This document shows, in pieces, positions 20,532-30,397 of a stretch of DNA of 60,257 nucleotides (the stretch's first letter is position 1; the number at the start of each line of letters is the position of its first letter). Origin of the DNA: Gammaproteobacteria bacterium (lineage in GTDB: Bacteria; Pseudomonadota; Gammaproteobacteria; Pseudomonadales; JANQJO01). The DNA lies in contig JARRRL010000023.1 in the NCBI GenBank assembly GCA_037380725.1, forward strand, positions 1-60,257. Direction: 5' to 3'. A program made the position numbers and the translations under genes. Below the pieces are notes generated by a model that had not been told where the DNA came from, did no database searches, and was given only the letters and a program-made list of their open reading frames with translations.

Positions 20532-21729
20532 GACGTAAGCTCCTTCGTTTGATATTGGCCTGCACCACAAAATGATCAAAAATAGGGGCAAAAAGGTTAC
20601 CAAACAAGATTGCCAACATCATCCCTTCTGAAAAAGCCGGGTTCGCAACGCGGATCACCACGCACATAAAGCCAATCAATAAGCCGTAAACCCAACGCCC
20701 TGTGTGTGTCATTGCCGCTGACACCGGATCCGTCGCCATAAAGATCATGCCAAACGCAAAACCGCCTGTGACCAAATGCCAATACCACGGCACCTGAAAA
20801 AAGGGATTCGTATCGCTGCCAATCCAATTAAACAGCGAGGAAGTCGCCACCATACCAAAGAAGACACCCAACACAACACGCCACGAAGCGAGCTGCGCGC
20901 CAACAATCAACACCCCACCCACTAAAATCATGGCGGTGGAGGTTTCGCCCATAGAACCGGGCAAATGGCCCATAAACGCCTGCCACCAGGTTAAACCCGT
21001 TTGTGCCACAGCGTCTAAGCCGCCAGCGGCCATCACAGCCAATGGCGTGGCACCCGTGTAACCATCTACTGCCACCCAAACGGCATCACCACTCATACTG
21101 GCTGGATAAGCAAAATACAAAAAAGCACGCCCGGTGAGTGCGGGATTCAAAAAGTTTTTACCCGTGCCACCAAACACTTCCTTTCCGATGACCACACCGA
21201 AAGTAATCCCCAAAGCCACTTGCCACAGCGGTACAGTTGGCGGCAAGATCAGCGCAAAGAGTACAGAGGTCACAAAAAAACCTTCGTTAACCTCATGCTT
21301 TCGGCGAACCGCGAAAACAACTTCCCAAAAACCACCGACCACAAAGGTAACAAAGTAAACCGGGAGGAAAAAAGTCGCGCCGTAGATAACGTTATGCCAC
21401 CACACACTGGGATCATGGCCCGCCAAGAACGAGATGATGATTTCCCGCCACCCGGTAATGCTGCTTTGTCCCAGCTCAGCAAGTACAGTATTGCCGTGCC
21501 AACCCACGTTGTACATCCCGTAAAACATCACGGGAAACGTCGACAACCACACCATAACCATAATGCGCTTGAGGTCAATCCCATCGCGCACGTGAGCGGC
21601 AGTACGCGTCACCTTACCTGGACTGTAAAAGAAAGTATCGATTGCTTCGTAAAGCGGATAAAACTTCGCGTACGGCCCGCCGTGCTGAAACTTGGGTTCA
21701 AGCTTGGTGAGCGTTGATCTCAATCCCAT
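20524..21729 (-). CDS. nqrB: Na+-NQR subunit B
   Basis: 401 aa polytopic protein. [12 protein letters not shown] and the flavinylation motif DGYTGATPL. Confidence 0.95.
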   Translation of the reverse strand: MGLRSTLTKLEPKFQHGGPYAKFYPLYEAIDTFFYSPGKVTRTAAHVRDGIDLKRIMVMVWLSTFPVMFYGMYNVGWHGNTVLAELGQSSITGWREIIISFLAGHDPSVWWHNVIYGATFFLPVYFVTFVVGGFWEVVFAVRRKHEVNEGFFVTSVLFALILPPTVPLWQVALGITFGVVIGKEVFGGTGKNFLNPALTGRAFLYFAYPASMSGDAVWVAVDGYTGATPLAVMAAGGLDAVAQTGLTWWQAFMGHLPGSMGETSTAMILVGGVLIVGAQLASWRVVLGVFFGMVATSSLFNWIGSDTNPFFQVPWYWHLVTGGFAFGMIFMATDPVSAAMTHTGRWVYGLLIGFMCVVIRVANPAFSEGMMLAILFGNLFAPIFDHFVVQANIKRRSLRHV

Positions 21730-21799
21730 AGCTACCTCTGTAAAACCAGTAAAAAATAATTAAAGCTAAATCACACCGTCTGTGCGGCCTTTATCTCTG

Positions 21800-23197
21800 T
21801 TAGCCTTCCAGTTCAATCTGCGTCAAATTTTCACGCAGAAGCGGACCGTATTCATACTTTCCCGGACACACATACGTACACAGCCCCAGATCCTCTTCAT
21901 CCAATTCTAAACAACCCAGCGCTTGCGCCATTTCCGTATCCGTCACAATCAAAGCGCGTAACAATTGAGTTGGCAGCAAATCCAAAGGCATAACCCGCTC
22001 GTAAGCGCCCACGGGCACCATCCCTCGCTCACTGCCGTTCGTATTCGTCGTAAACGGCAACAATTTTTTGGGCAAAAATCGAGAGAGAAACACACCCGTG
22101 GCCGAATGCTTCTTCGCACCGGGCCACAAATATTCCAACAAATGCCGATCTCGCCCTTCTCTGAGCACGCTCACCTGTAAGTGATAACGGCCCACGTACG
22201 AAAAGGGAGCGCGTGCATGGCGTCCGGAAAGAACGGATCCCGAAATACGACGAACCTCGCCCCCGCTGCTTCCAGTGCTTTTTAATTGGCCCGCCGTTAT
22301 TTCATCGATGCTCGCCCCCAATGGAACGCGGAGCAAACGCGGCTGCTCGACTTCAGGACCCGCCAGAGCAATCACGCGATCCGTCCATAGAGTGCCCGTC
22401 CGCAACAGATGACCAATGGCAATGACATCTTGGTAATTCAAATGCCACACCACATGCTGCTGATCAGCGGGATATAAAAAGTGAATGTGCGTCCCAATCA
22501 GACCAGACGGATGAGGCCCATCAAATTCATGGGTTTCAAACTCCGGAGCAGTGGGTATATCGCTGTTCGAACGACGGGTCAAGAACAGCTTTGGCGATGC
22601 CAAGCCACTGGCTAAGCGCGCCAAACCGGCCAAGCCCGCTTCAAACCAGTCTCGATAAAAATGAGGATTTTGATTGCAACGCAACACTTGGGCCGGATCT
22701 GGCGCCAATGGATTTGAATCCATAGCGTTCACAAAGATTGCTTTCGGTTGGCTGTCGATCGCCGGCACTTTGCTGAATGGTCGCGTACGCAACGCTGTCC
22801 ACAAGCCCGATTCAAGCAACAAATCTTTAATCGACGACGCCGTGGGGGTCTGCTGATCCCACACCCCGGCGTAATGCTCAAAAGCCTGATGTTGACATTC
22901 ACTCGTCTTTTCGATCACAACCGATTGCAATACTCGGCGAACACCACGGTGAATATCCACTACGCGTCCACTCGCCGGCGCGGTATACACCACGCCGGGT
23001 GAGCGTTTGTCTTGGAAAAGGGGCTGCCCCACCTTCACGTCATCCCCAGCATTGACCAACATCGTTGGCTTCATGCCATGGAAATCCGCCCCAATGCAGG
23101 CAACCGTCCTAACCGACAGCGCATCGTAAATCACTTGTTCCGGCTCACCCGAAATGGGCAAGGTCAACCCCCGCTTCAATACTGTCTTATTCGCCAT
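21800..23197 (-). CDS. nqrA: Na+-NQR subunit A
   Basis: [19 protein letters not shown]... is a typical NqrA start. The ORF extends to 23323, but those extra 42 aa do not resemble any NqrA N-terminus I know. Confidence 0.9.
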   Translation of the reverse strand: MANKTVLKRGLTLPISGEPEQVIYDALSVRTVACIGADFHGMKPTMLVNAGDDVKVGQPLFQDKRSPGVVYTAPASGRVVDIHRGVRRVLQSVVIEKTSECQHQAFEHYAGVWDQQTPTASSIKDLLLESGLWTALRTRPFSKVPAIDSQPKAIFVNAMDSNPLAPDPAQVLRCNQNPHFYRDWFEAGLAGLARLASGLASPKLFLTRRSNSDIPTAPEFETHEFDGPHPSGLIGTHIHFLYPADQQHVVWHLNYQDVIAIGHLLRTGTLWTDRVIALAGPEVEQPRLLRVPLGASIDEITAGQLKSTGSSGGEVRRISGSVLSGRHARAPFSYVGRYHLQVSVLREGRDRHLLEYLWPGAKKHSATGVFLSRFLPKKLLPFTTNTNGSERGMVPVGAYERVMPLDLLPTQLLRALIVTDTEMAQALGCLELDEEDLGLCTYVCPGKYEYGPLLRENLTQIELEG

Positions 23198-23340
23198 GGT
23201 ATCCACTTCGTCTTTTTGCACATCCGGCACATCAGAATCTTCAGCAACACAAACGTCTATCCAAACGTCTGAATACGCTTTGGTTTGAATACAACGCTTA
23301 GGCATGCCGAAGCTGTGCATCACTCTTGGGAAATTGTGCG

Positions 23341-23376
23341 TATCTTCTATGTGTATCTTCTATGTGTATCTGCTGT
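23341..23376. repeat. tandem repeat, 13 bp x about 2.8, in the nqrA upstream region
   Basis: tatcttctatgtg / tatcttctatgtg / tatctgctgt. Confidence 0.9.
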
Positions 23377-23899
23377 AGGAAGGAAGTTGAGTGCCTCAAC
23401 TCAAGGCCGCTGTGATTATTATACGACGACAGCCCTATTCGCTCCTTAACTCCCTCTAAAGCCTACAAATGCTGGAACGGCTACTGCCCCGTAACGACTG
23501 CTGGAACTACTTTTGTTACAAATCAAGGAAACGGTAAAAATTCGGCGGAGCTAGCCAAGGCCGATTATTATAATGAAGGCTGAGAAGCTTTACCACTCTG
23601 TATTTTGCAAGCGAAGTATTTTCTAGTTATAACTTTATGCTCGCATTATAATTGGTTTATATATTAACCATCTTGTTCTCTCCTGTTCATATCTCATACC
23701 CGCGCGCTGATTCCACGCACCGCACACCCAGCACGGCACATAATCGCCCGGAAATACTCATAACGTTCCGTTTTAATGCTTTCTTGATTTCTGCTTAAAA
23801 TTAATGTATTTATAAAGCATTATCCAGGATGGGTTAGCGTCGAACACACCCGAAAGCCTCGCGATGGGAAACCACGCCACAAGCCTGCACAGCGAGCGA

Positions 23900-24559
23900 A
23901 TGAAAACCAGAGACAAAATACTGCAGACCGCATTGGAGCTGTTCAACCAGGAAGGCGAAGCATCGGTCACCACACTCGATATCGCGCAAACCTTAAATAT
24001 CAGCCCTGGAAATTTGTATTACCACTTTCGCGGTAAAGAAGATATTCTGTCGTGCGTATTTGATCAACTCTACCTGGCGTTGATACCACGCTTAGAAGAA
24101 CTGGAAATCAGTCTAGCTGGACTTGAAAATCAGCCTATTGTACTGGAAGCACTCTTTGATACGCTGTGGGATTTCCGCTTCGCATTTCTAGACACCTACC
24201 GCCTGGCCACGCACTATCCCCGACTGAAACGTCGCTTACAAAATCTGCTTGCTCGACAACAATTAGCGTTTTCCCGATGGGTGGAACAACTGGAAAATGT
24301 GGGCTTACTGCGTCCAACTTCAATCGAAAATCGCGAACTACTGATTGAATGCCTGACCCATCAATCCGTCAGCTGGATTGGACTCTCTCAATTATTACGC
24401 CTCAAAGAAAGCCCCGCTTCCACGCGACGCCGCGCTGTCGCCCACGTCATGTCACTGATCACTCAACATTTCCCGTACAACGAGCTGTCCAACGACCCTC
24501 CGCCCAACGAAAAGCACTTGAGTCACACCCAGCCACTCAAAACAGCCCCAACAGAATAA
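23900..24559 (+). CDS. TetR-family transcriptional regulator (PhaD-like N-terminus)
   Basis: MKTRDKILQTALELFNQEGEASVTTLDIAQTLNISPGNLYYHFRGKE is a TetR HTH region very like my recollection of Pseudomonas PhaD. Alternative start at 23864. Confidence 0.8.
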   Translation: MKTRDKILQTALELFNQEGEASVTTLDIAQTLNISPGNLYYHFRGKEDILSCVFDQLYLALIPRLEELEISLAGLENQPIVLEALFDTLWDFRFAFLDTYRLATHYPRLKRRLQNLLARQQLAFSRWVEQLENVGLLRPTSIENRELLIECLTHQSVSWIGLSQLLRLKESPASTRRRAVAHVMSLITQHFPYNELSNDPPPNEKHLSHTQPLKTAPTE

Positions 24560-24680
24560 AAGTTCGAAGAGATAAAAGTTCGGAGAGCTCAAACGAGCCA
24601 GAACACCCAAACGAAAAGAAGCCCGGCGTTCCCATTCAAAAAAGCCCAATCAAAAAAACTCAATCAAAAAAGCCCAAACT

Positions 24681-24713
24681 AAAAAGAGCCCGACCGAAAG
24701 GAGGTGTCGGGCT
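24681..24713 (-). terminator. intrinsic terminator after the phasin gene
   Basis: Minus strand: agcccgac-acctcctttcg-gtcgggct followed by cttttt. About 100 nt after the stop at 24815. Confidence 0.65.
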
Positions 24714-24814
24714 ATCAGAACTGGGTACAGTGTGTGAGACGCACCCAGAAAGATGGCCAGGCAGACCAGCGCTGTTTCTGTGGCTATGGTCGCCCGGGTT
24801 ATGTGTTGCCCAGC

Positions 24815-25525
24815 TTATGTCATCCGCGATGACCTATTTTTGGATGACTTCGCGCTGCTCGATTTATCACCACTGGACCGTTTAGCGCCTGATTTTGTTT
24901 TTGGTGGGGATGCCGTACTGCTAGATGGTTCCTTCGTCTCAGCACACACGGTCTCAGTACACATGCCATCGGCTTGAACGGACGATGACTCAGGCAACAC
25001 AGCAGCCCGCTCCGCTTTAAGCGCCATTACTTCATGCTCTAAGCGCGTTAATTGATCAATTAAACGATCCATATCTTTTTTACTTGGAATATTCAAACGC
25101 GCTAAGGCAAACGACACCCGCTCATCGAAAACCTTTTCAATGCGATCAATCGAAGTGCTTGCTTTATCTTTGACTTCCTCGACTTTACCCCTAACCTCGT
25201 TGACTTTATCTCGGTAAAAGGACCGTTGTCGATCAACCAGATGGCGCGTTCTCTCTTCCAAACGTTCGCCATCCTTTACTAAGGTATCAAACCACTTGGT
25301 GCCTTCATTTTCGACTTTCGTGTATGCGCCCAGACCCGCTAACCAAATCTGCTCCGCCACGTCTTTTATTTTTCCACTAAAATCCGCAAATTGATCACTG
25401 TCTCCACCGTATACTGGATCGTGGTGCTCCGATTTGGCGCACTCATCATGCCCATCCACATCAAAACGGCGCTCGACGCCGACACCATTACTCGGCGTAC
25501 TCGCTTGTTCTTTTTCACCGCTCAT
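24815..25525 (-). CDS. PHA granule-associated protein (phasin, PhaF/PhaI family) with Ser/Lys-rich tail
   Basis: IWLAGLGAYTKVENEGTKWFDTLVKDGERLE...FDERVSFALARLNIPSKKDMDRLIDQLTRLEHEV matches the PHA_gran_rgn pattern. Start at MSGEKEQ (25525); the ORF extends to 25594. Confidence 0.75.
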   Translation of the reverse strand: MSGEKEQASTPSNGVGVERRFDVDGHDECAKSEHHDPVYGGDSDQFADFSGKIKDVAEQIWLAGLGAYTKVENEGTKWFDTLVKDGERLEERTRHLVDRQRSFYRDKVNEVRGKVEEVKDKASTSIDRIEKVFDERVSFALARLNIPSKKDMDRLIDQLTRLEHEVMALKAERAAVLPESSSVQADGMCTETVCAETKEPSSSTASPPKTKSGAKRSSGDKSSSAKSSKNRSSRMT

Positions 25526-25640
25526 CTTTCCCGCCCTTATTCGGTGGCCACTTTCATCAGTGGCCACCATACCACAGAGAATTAGACTATCCACTCTAAC
25601 GTGACCACCAGGAACGCGACCACCCGGCGACTCAGGAACA

Positions 25641-25689
25641 CGACGATTTGAGACAACGATTGAAGCGACGATTAAGACGACGATTAAGA
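25641..25689. repeat. tandem repeat, 12-13 bp x 4, overlapping the msrB stop codon
   Basis: cgacgatttgaga / caacgattgaag / cgacgattaaga / cgacgattaaga. Confidence 0.85.
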
Positions 25690-26085
25690 CAAGGAAGGCA
25701 GAAAGTGCAAGGCCAAAGAGTTAATGCAATAACGCAGACCCGTCGGTTGTGGACCATCATCAAAGCGATGACCCAAATGCGCATCACAACACGCACACAA
25801 CACTTCGGCACGCTCCATACCATGACTCAAATCCTTCCGGACCAACACCGCGTCTTGCGCCACCGGTGACCAAAAACTGGGCCAACCCGAGCGCGAATCG
25901 TACTTGGCACTGGAAACAAACAGTGGTGCAGCGCACGCCGCGCACACATATTGGCCTTCTGCTTTGTGATCACAATATTCCCCTGAAAATGGGTGTTCAG
26001 TCTTCCCTTCTCGGCAAATACGAAACACCGCATCAGGCAACACAGCCCGCCATTGTTCATCGGTTTTTTCCACACGCTTACCCAT
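25684..26085 (-). CDS. msrB: peptide-methionine (R)-S-oxide reductase
   Basis: 133 aa. CAACAAPLF...GWPSF...CACCDAHLGHRFDDGP...RYCINS are the two CxxC pairs plus the catalytic Cys motif. Confidence 0.92.
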   Translation of the reverse strand: MGKRVEKTDEQWRAVLPDAVFRICREGKTEHPFSGEYCDHKAEGQYVCAACAAPLFVSSAKYDSRSGWPSFWSPVAQDAVLVRKDLSHGMERAEVLCACCDAHLGHRFDDGPQPTGLRYCINSLALHFLPSLS

Positions 26086-26104
26086 AGCGACCTACCTCCT
26101 CCCT

Positions 26105-26126
26105 TATTTGCACCCTATTTGCACCC
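26105..26126. repeat. tandem repeat, 2 x 11 bp
   Basis: tatttgcaccc / tatttgcaccc. Confidence 0.9.
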
Positions 26127-26258
26127 TTTCCACGCTGTGCGCACATTCGTTTCACATCAAAGCCGAATAATATCACTGTTTCAACGACCTCTTTTTCACT
26201 ACACTTTACGGCATACTCGTCGCTTCACGGTCAACTGTTCACGATCGCCGTTTCACAG

Positions 26259-26303
26259 TAGTACCACGATGGGCAAGTACCACGATGGGTAGTACCACGA
26301 TGG
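26259..26303. repeat. tandem repeat, 3 x 15-16 bp
   Basis: tagtaccacgatggg / caagtaccacgatggg / tagtaccacgatgg. Confidence 0.9.
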
Positions 26304-26384
26304 TTTCATGGCGTTTCCGAACTGAACTGCCGTAACCAGACCACCTGACTCACCCGGCATCAAACACGCAAGGGGTTCTCCAAC

Positions 26385-27550
26385 ATGCCACGTTCATCCG
26401 TTGAAAATCGCTTCACCAAATCCCACAAACTCGACTCGGTCTGTTACGACATCCGCGGCAACGTGTTCAACACAGCCCGCCGTATGGAAGAAGAAGGTCA
26501 CCGCATACTCAAACTGAACATCGGTAACCCCGCGCCATTTGGCTTTGACGCACCGCAAGAAATTCTGGAAGACGTCATTCACAATTTACCTCGCTCCACC
26601 GGTTACTGCGACTCCAAAGGCCTCTTTTCAGCGCGCAAAGCGGTCATGCAATACTACCAGCAAAAAAACGTTAAAGACGTCAGCGTACAAGACATCTATT
26701 TGGGCAATGGGGTCTCGGAGTTGATTGTGCTTGCCCTACAAGCCCTGCTCGATATCGGTGACGAGGTGCTGATCCCCTCCCCCGACTATCCACTCTGGAC
26801 CGCCTCTACCGCACTGGCCAGCGGACGCCCCGTACACTATCAATGCGATGAATCCGCCGATTGGCATCCCGACATTGAGGACATCAAACGTAAAATCACG
26901 TCCAACACGCGAGCCATCGTCATCATTAACCCGAACAACCCCACCGGCGCTTTGTACAGCGATGAATGCTTGCTCGCCATATTGGAAATCGCACGCACCC
27001 ATAATTTGTTGGTATTCGCCGATGAGATCTACGACAAAATTCTTTACGATGGCCATACCCACACGGCTGTCGCCGCTCTCGCCGAAGATCTGACCGTCGT
27101 CAGCTTTAATGGTTTATCGAAAGCGTACCGCTGCGCCGGTTTCCGTTCCGGTTGGCTGCTGATTTCAGGCAACAAGCACCAAGCACGCGGCTTTATTGAG
27201 GGTCTGGATACCCTCAGCTCCATGCGCTTGTGCGCCAATGTGCCATCACAACATGCCATTCAAACCTCGCTGGGTGGATACCAAAGCATTAATGACCTGG
27301 TGTTACCCACAGGCCGATTATGCCAACAACGTAACGCTGCTTATGAGGCCCTGATGGCCATTCCCGGCATTTCGTGCGTCAAGCCCAAGGCTGCCATGTA
27401 CCTCTTTCCCAAAAGATTTTGGTGGTGCACGGCTCTGGCTTTAACGTCCCAACACAAGATCATTTTCGCGTCGTGTTTTTGCCGAATGAACTCACTCTCC
27501 GCGACGCGATTGGACGCATCGGACGCTATCTGGAAACCATCAAACGTTAA
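26385..27550 (+). pseudogene. alaA: alanine/glutamate-pyruvate aminotransferase AlaA-like, with internal deletion plus frameshift
   Basis: Collinear with my recollection of E. coli AlaA from KSHKLDSVCYDIRG...LKLNIGNPAPFGFDAP...NGLSKAYRCAGFR to KPKAAMYLFPK (frame 0, to about 27413). The conserved C-terminus KILVVHGSGFNVPTQDHFRVVFLPNELTLRDAIGRIGRYLETIKR* continues in frame 2 and ends at 27550. About 22 codons (the IDAKRF...LDFLLQE equivalent) are missing. The frame-0 read-through to 27674 looks like non-homologous sequence. Confidence 0.75.
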
Positions 27551-27616
27551 CGAAAGCGTTAAAGTTAAAGATAGAGTTGAAGTTGGAGTTGGAGTTGGAG
27601 TTAAAATTGAAGTTAA
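27545..27616. repeat. degenerate hexanucleotide array (AGTTRR)n, about 12 units
   Basis: cgttaa cgaaag cgttaa agttaa agatag agttga agttgg agttgg agttgg agttaa aattga agttaa. Starts at the alaA stop codon. Confidence 0.85.
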
Positions 27617-27631
27617 GAGGACCGTGCTCGA

Positions 27632-28099
27632 ATGCTCGATGACTTGCACATTACCGATTTTTGTAAAGACGTAGCCCGTTTGTTGTTGTTGCTGCATCAA
27701 CAATTTCCTCGTCTTGTGGAAATTTACGTGTGTGACGTCATCGGCCACGAAGAGCCGGATGAATACGGCCTGTACTCCACGCGCCATGAATCGTGCCTAT
27801 CGACCTTATTGTGGTTAAAAGCCGAAGGCTGGTTGCGATTCGGCAACGTGGTTCGGCGTGAAGCCGTTGACCAATGCGTACTGACACAGAAAGCATTTCA
27901 ACATTTACACCACACGCTACCGGATGCCTTGGCGGAACTGGTTCTGTGTTCCACTTCCGACATGGAACAACAGCACAGCGCCGCCATTCGTCTCATTCAT
28001 GGCCTGCATCATGCCCATACCGAGCAACGCTCCGAATTGTTGGAAAGCATCGTGATGCATCTACTGGCCCATGACGCAAACAGCGATGGCCAAACATGA
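27632..28099 (+). CDS. hypothetical protein (155 aa), possibly winged-helix-like
   Basis: Clean ORF with an ATGA overlap to the next ORF. I recognise no motif, so the fold guess is weak. Confidence 0.5.
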   Translation: MLDDLHITDFCKDVARLLLLLHQQFPRLVEIYVCDVIGHEEPDEYGLYSTRHESCLSTLLWLKAEGWLRFGNVVRREAVDQCVLTQKAFQHLHHTLPDALAELVLCSTSDMEQQHSAAIRLIHGLHHAHTEQRSELLESIVMHLLAHDANSDGQT

Positions 28100-28824
28100 G
28101 ACACACCGCTCAGCGCTTCACGCTATTAATTGATTTGGTGGATTGCTGCATCACCCAGAACTATTGGGATCAGATTTTAGTGTATTTCTGGACGCAATCG
28201 ATCTTTGACTATGTCAGCGCCCGCTGGTCTTTATACGACATACAGCATGCCTTATCCGAGATCGCACACGCCTTAGGTTTTGAATCCGACATCGATCGCG
28301 CGGGTTATTGTGAACACATCACACGTTGTATACAAAACGACCTATGGCCCAAGGGGCTGGATCATTTACTCTCCTCTTTGACGCTCGTTGGCATCGAATC
28401 GGGGTATTTAAGCCCCCAAACCCATTCAGATACCGTCACCAGCTTCAAACGATGGCGAGAAAAAGGCTGGAAAGTCATCGTTGTCCACGAATTAAGCGTC
28501 TCCACACAGCATCAACTGCTGGAAAAAGCCCAGTCCCCACGCATGCTGAATACCCTGTCAGGGTGTATTTCACTGTGCGCGGACCCAGACAGCAACTTGC
28601 ACAAAGACCTGCTTTTACAGCACAACTTGACATGGCAACATAGAAAAACACCCCGCACGGCTTACGCCATCATCTCTTCACGCCAGCACCTGCTCAACTG
28701 GGGCAAGCAGAACGGTTACCACCCCTTACGTCTCAACCGACGCCTAAACCCCGAATCCCCCACAGACGCCATTCCACACATCATTGATTTAAACTTTGCG
28801 GATTTGCTGCTGAGCGTTTCCTAA
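28096..28824 (+). CDS. hypothetical protein (242 aa)
   Basis: Translationally coupled to 27632-28099. No recognisable catalytic motif. Confidence 0.5.
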   Translation: MRHTAQRFTLLIDLVDCCITQNYWDQILVYFWTQSIFDYVSARWSLYDIQHALSEIAHALGFESDIDRAGYCEHITRCIQNDLWPKGLDHLLSSLTLVGIESGYLSPQTHSDTVTSFKRWREKGWKVIVVHELSVSTQHQLLEKAQSPRMLNTLSGCISLCADPDSNLHKDLLLQHNLTWQHRKTPRTAYAIISSRQHLLNWGKQNGYHPLRLNRRLNPESPTDAIPHIIDLNFADLLLSVS

Positions 28825-28919
28825 TCACCACAGTAAATCCATAAATCCAATGTCATATTTCAGCAACAAACCGATGCTAGATTGCCCTCCATAATAAAAA
28901 CACGGAGGAACGAAACGCG

Positions 28920-30371
28920 ATGCCGCCTTATTCAAATCCATCTCAAAGAGCTCCTAAAAAATCTTCAGCTCCAGTTAAGCGAAGATCTCCTAAGAAGCAC
29001 ACCCGGAGAACTACGCAAGATACAAATACAATGCGCTTCCCACGCAATGATCCTGCTTTTTTGGAAGAAATCAAATCACTCATTTGCAATAAAAGCAACG
29101 ATGTTGAACAGGAATCCCCAACAGGAGGACCACACAAACTCAAACCGCTCAAGTCCAAGAGACGCCTCCCCCTCGCCATTTTAGCCATTTTAGCCACCCT
29201 GTGCGCTCATCAAAAAATAGAAAAGATGAATAAGAAGCACAATGATGCCATAAACGAAGACAGAAAGCTGGATTTTGTGAACCGATTTGACGCTTTGTGC
29301 AAAGCAAAATCAAAAGAAGTGGCCTTATCAGCCAGAACGCAAAGCGTCATGTCTGCTTTCTTTCTCGTCGCTGGCGCGGGTGTCACCGCCGCCTTGACCA
29401 TTGGTAGCTTCGGTATCGCCGCCCCCATCGCGCCACTCATGGGCATCGGCATTTCTTTAGGTGGCATCGTACTCACGAACTACCTGGTCGAACGAGTCTT
29501 TCCCAAACAAACTGCAAAAGAGCAAGGCAAGGAAAACGGATACAAAGAGATTGAACTCCATGCGAGAAAGATCGCCAATAAGATATTGGAGCGGCTGCCC
29601 ATTCAAGAAAACGAGGACATGGAAAATAAAGAGAAAAAGGAAGCCAAGAAGGCACACGAGCAACTGAACGGCGTGCTCAGTTACTGCCACAAGCCCGATA
29701 AGAATAAGAATGATTACACGAAATTGTCCGAAATACTCTCCCTGGACGACAACCCAAACCTCGATAAAACAGTGATCAAAAGAAAAATTAATGAACTCAT
29801 CGAAATCAGAAAAAACTGGCAGAAAAAATTAAAACAAAACGAATCTCAATATGAGCAGGCCTTCGAACCTCAAAAGCAAGCCATTGACGAAACCGTACAA
29901 ACGTTTGGCAAAGTGTTCTGGTGCGCATGGCTCATCGACAAGAAATACGATCCCGGTTATCAGAAAGATCGCGGACTCCCACTGGGTGAGAAAATCAAAG
30001 ACGAACTGGAGCACTACAAGCTGTTAGACGGCATTGGCAGCAACATTTTTTTCAGACCGGAATATACCACAGCCCAACTCCTCCGATACGCATTCGCCAA
30101 ACGAGACAAAAACGGAAAAAAACACATAAAACTCAACAAATCTCAAGAAAAGAAAAAGGCCGAAGTAAAGAAAAATCAAGAACAGCTGTATAAAAAGGCC
30201 GAGAATTTCTTAATAGACACAGCCCCAGACCCCCTAAAAATACGCCTCTATAAATACCGGGAACAAAAACGCCAGAATGAGCCGACCGAAGACGACTTAC
30301 TCAATCTGGCCATCGAATTCGCCTTCCCAAGCATGAGAAACACACCATCAACCAGAGCGAGCACACAATAA
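28920..30371 (+). CDS. Lys/Glu-rich protein with one about 50-aa bilobed hydrophobic segment, unknown function; low-GC gene
   Basis: 483 aa. SVMSAFFLVAGAGVTAALTIGSFGIAAPIAPLMGIGISLGGIVLTNYLV is flanked by highly charged K/E/N-rich sequence. Start uncertain (alternative MRFPRNDP). Confidence 0.55.
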   Translation: MPPYSNPSQRAPKKSSAPVKRRSPKKHTRRTTQDTNTMRFPRNDPAFLEEIKSLICNKSNDVEQESPTGGPHKLKPLKSKRRLPLAILAILATLCAHQKIEKMNKKHNDAINEDRKLDFVNRFDALCKAKSKEVALSARTQSVMSAFFLVAGAGVTAALTIGSFGIAAPIAPLMGIGISLGGIVLTNYLVERVFPKQTAKEQGKENGYKEIELHARKIANKILERLPIQENEDMENKEKKEAKKAHEQLNGVLSYCHKPDKNKNDYTKLSEILSLDDNPNLDKTVIKRKINELIEIRKNWQKKLKQNESQYEQAFEPQKQAIDETVQTFGKVFWCAWLIDKKYDPGYQKDRGLPLGEKIKDELEHYKLLDGIGSNIFFRPEYTTAQLLRYAFAKRDKNGKKHIKLNKSQEKKKAEVKKNQEQLYKKAENFLIDTAPDPLKIRLYKYREQKRQNEPTEDDLLNLAIEFAFPSMRNTPSTRASTQ

Positions 30372-30397
30372 CAATGAGAACAAGCCCATTCCATCGA

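Noticed and set aside
21220-21717. 165-aa plus-strand ORF.
   Set aside because: It is antisense to nqrB.
23198-23323. 42-aa N-terminal extension of nqrA in the ORF track, with similar extensions for nqrC, nqrF, rplU, the TetR gene, the phasin and others.
   Set aside because: The extensions do not resemble any N-terminus I know for these families. Internal ATGs give the canonical N-termini, often with better RBS spacing.
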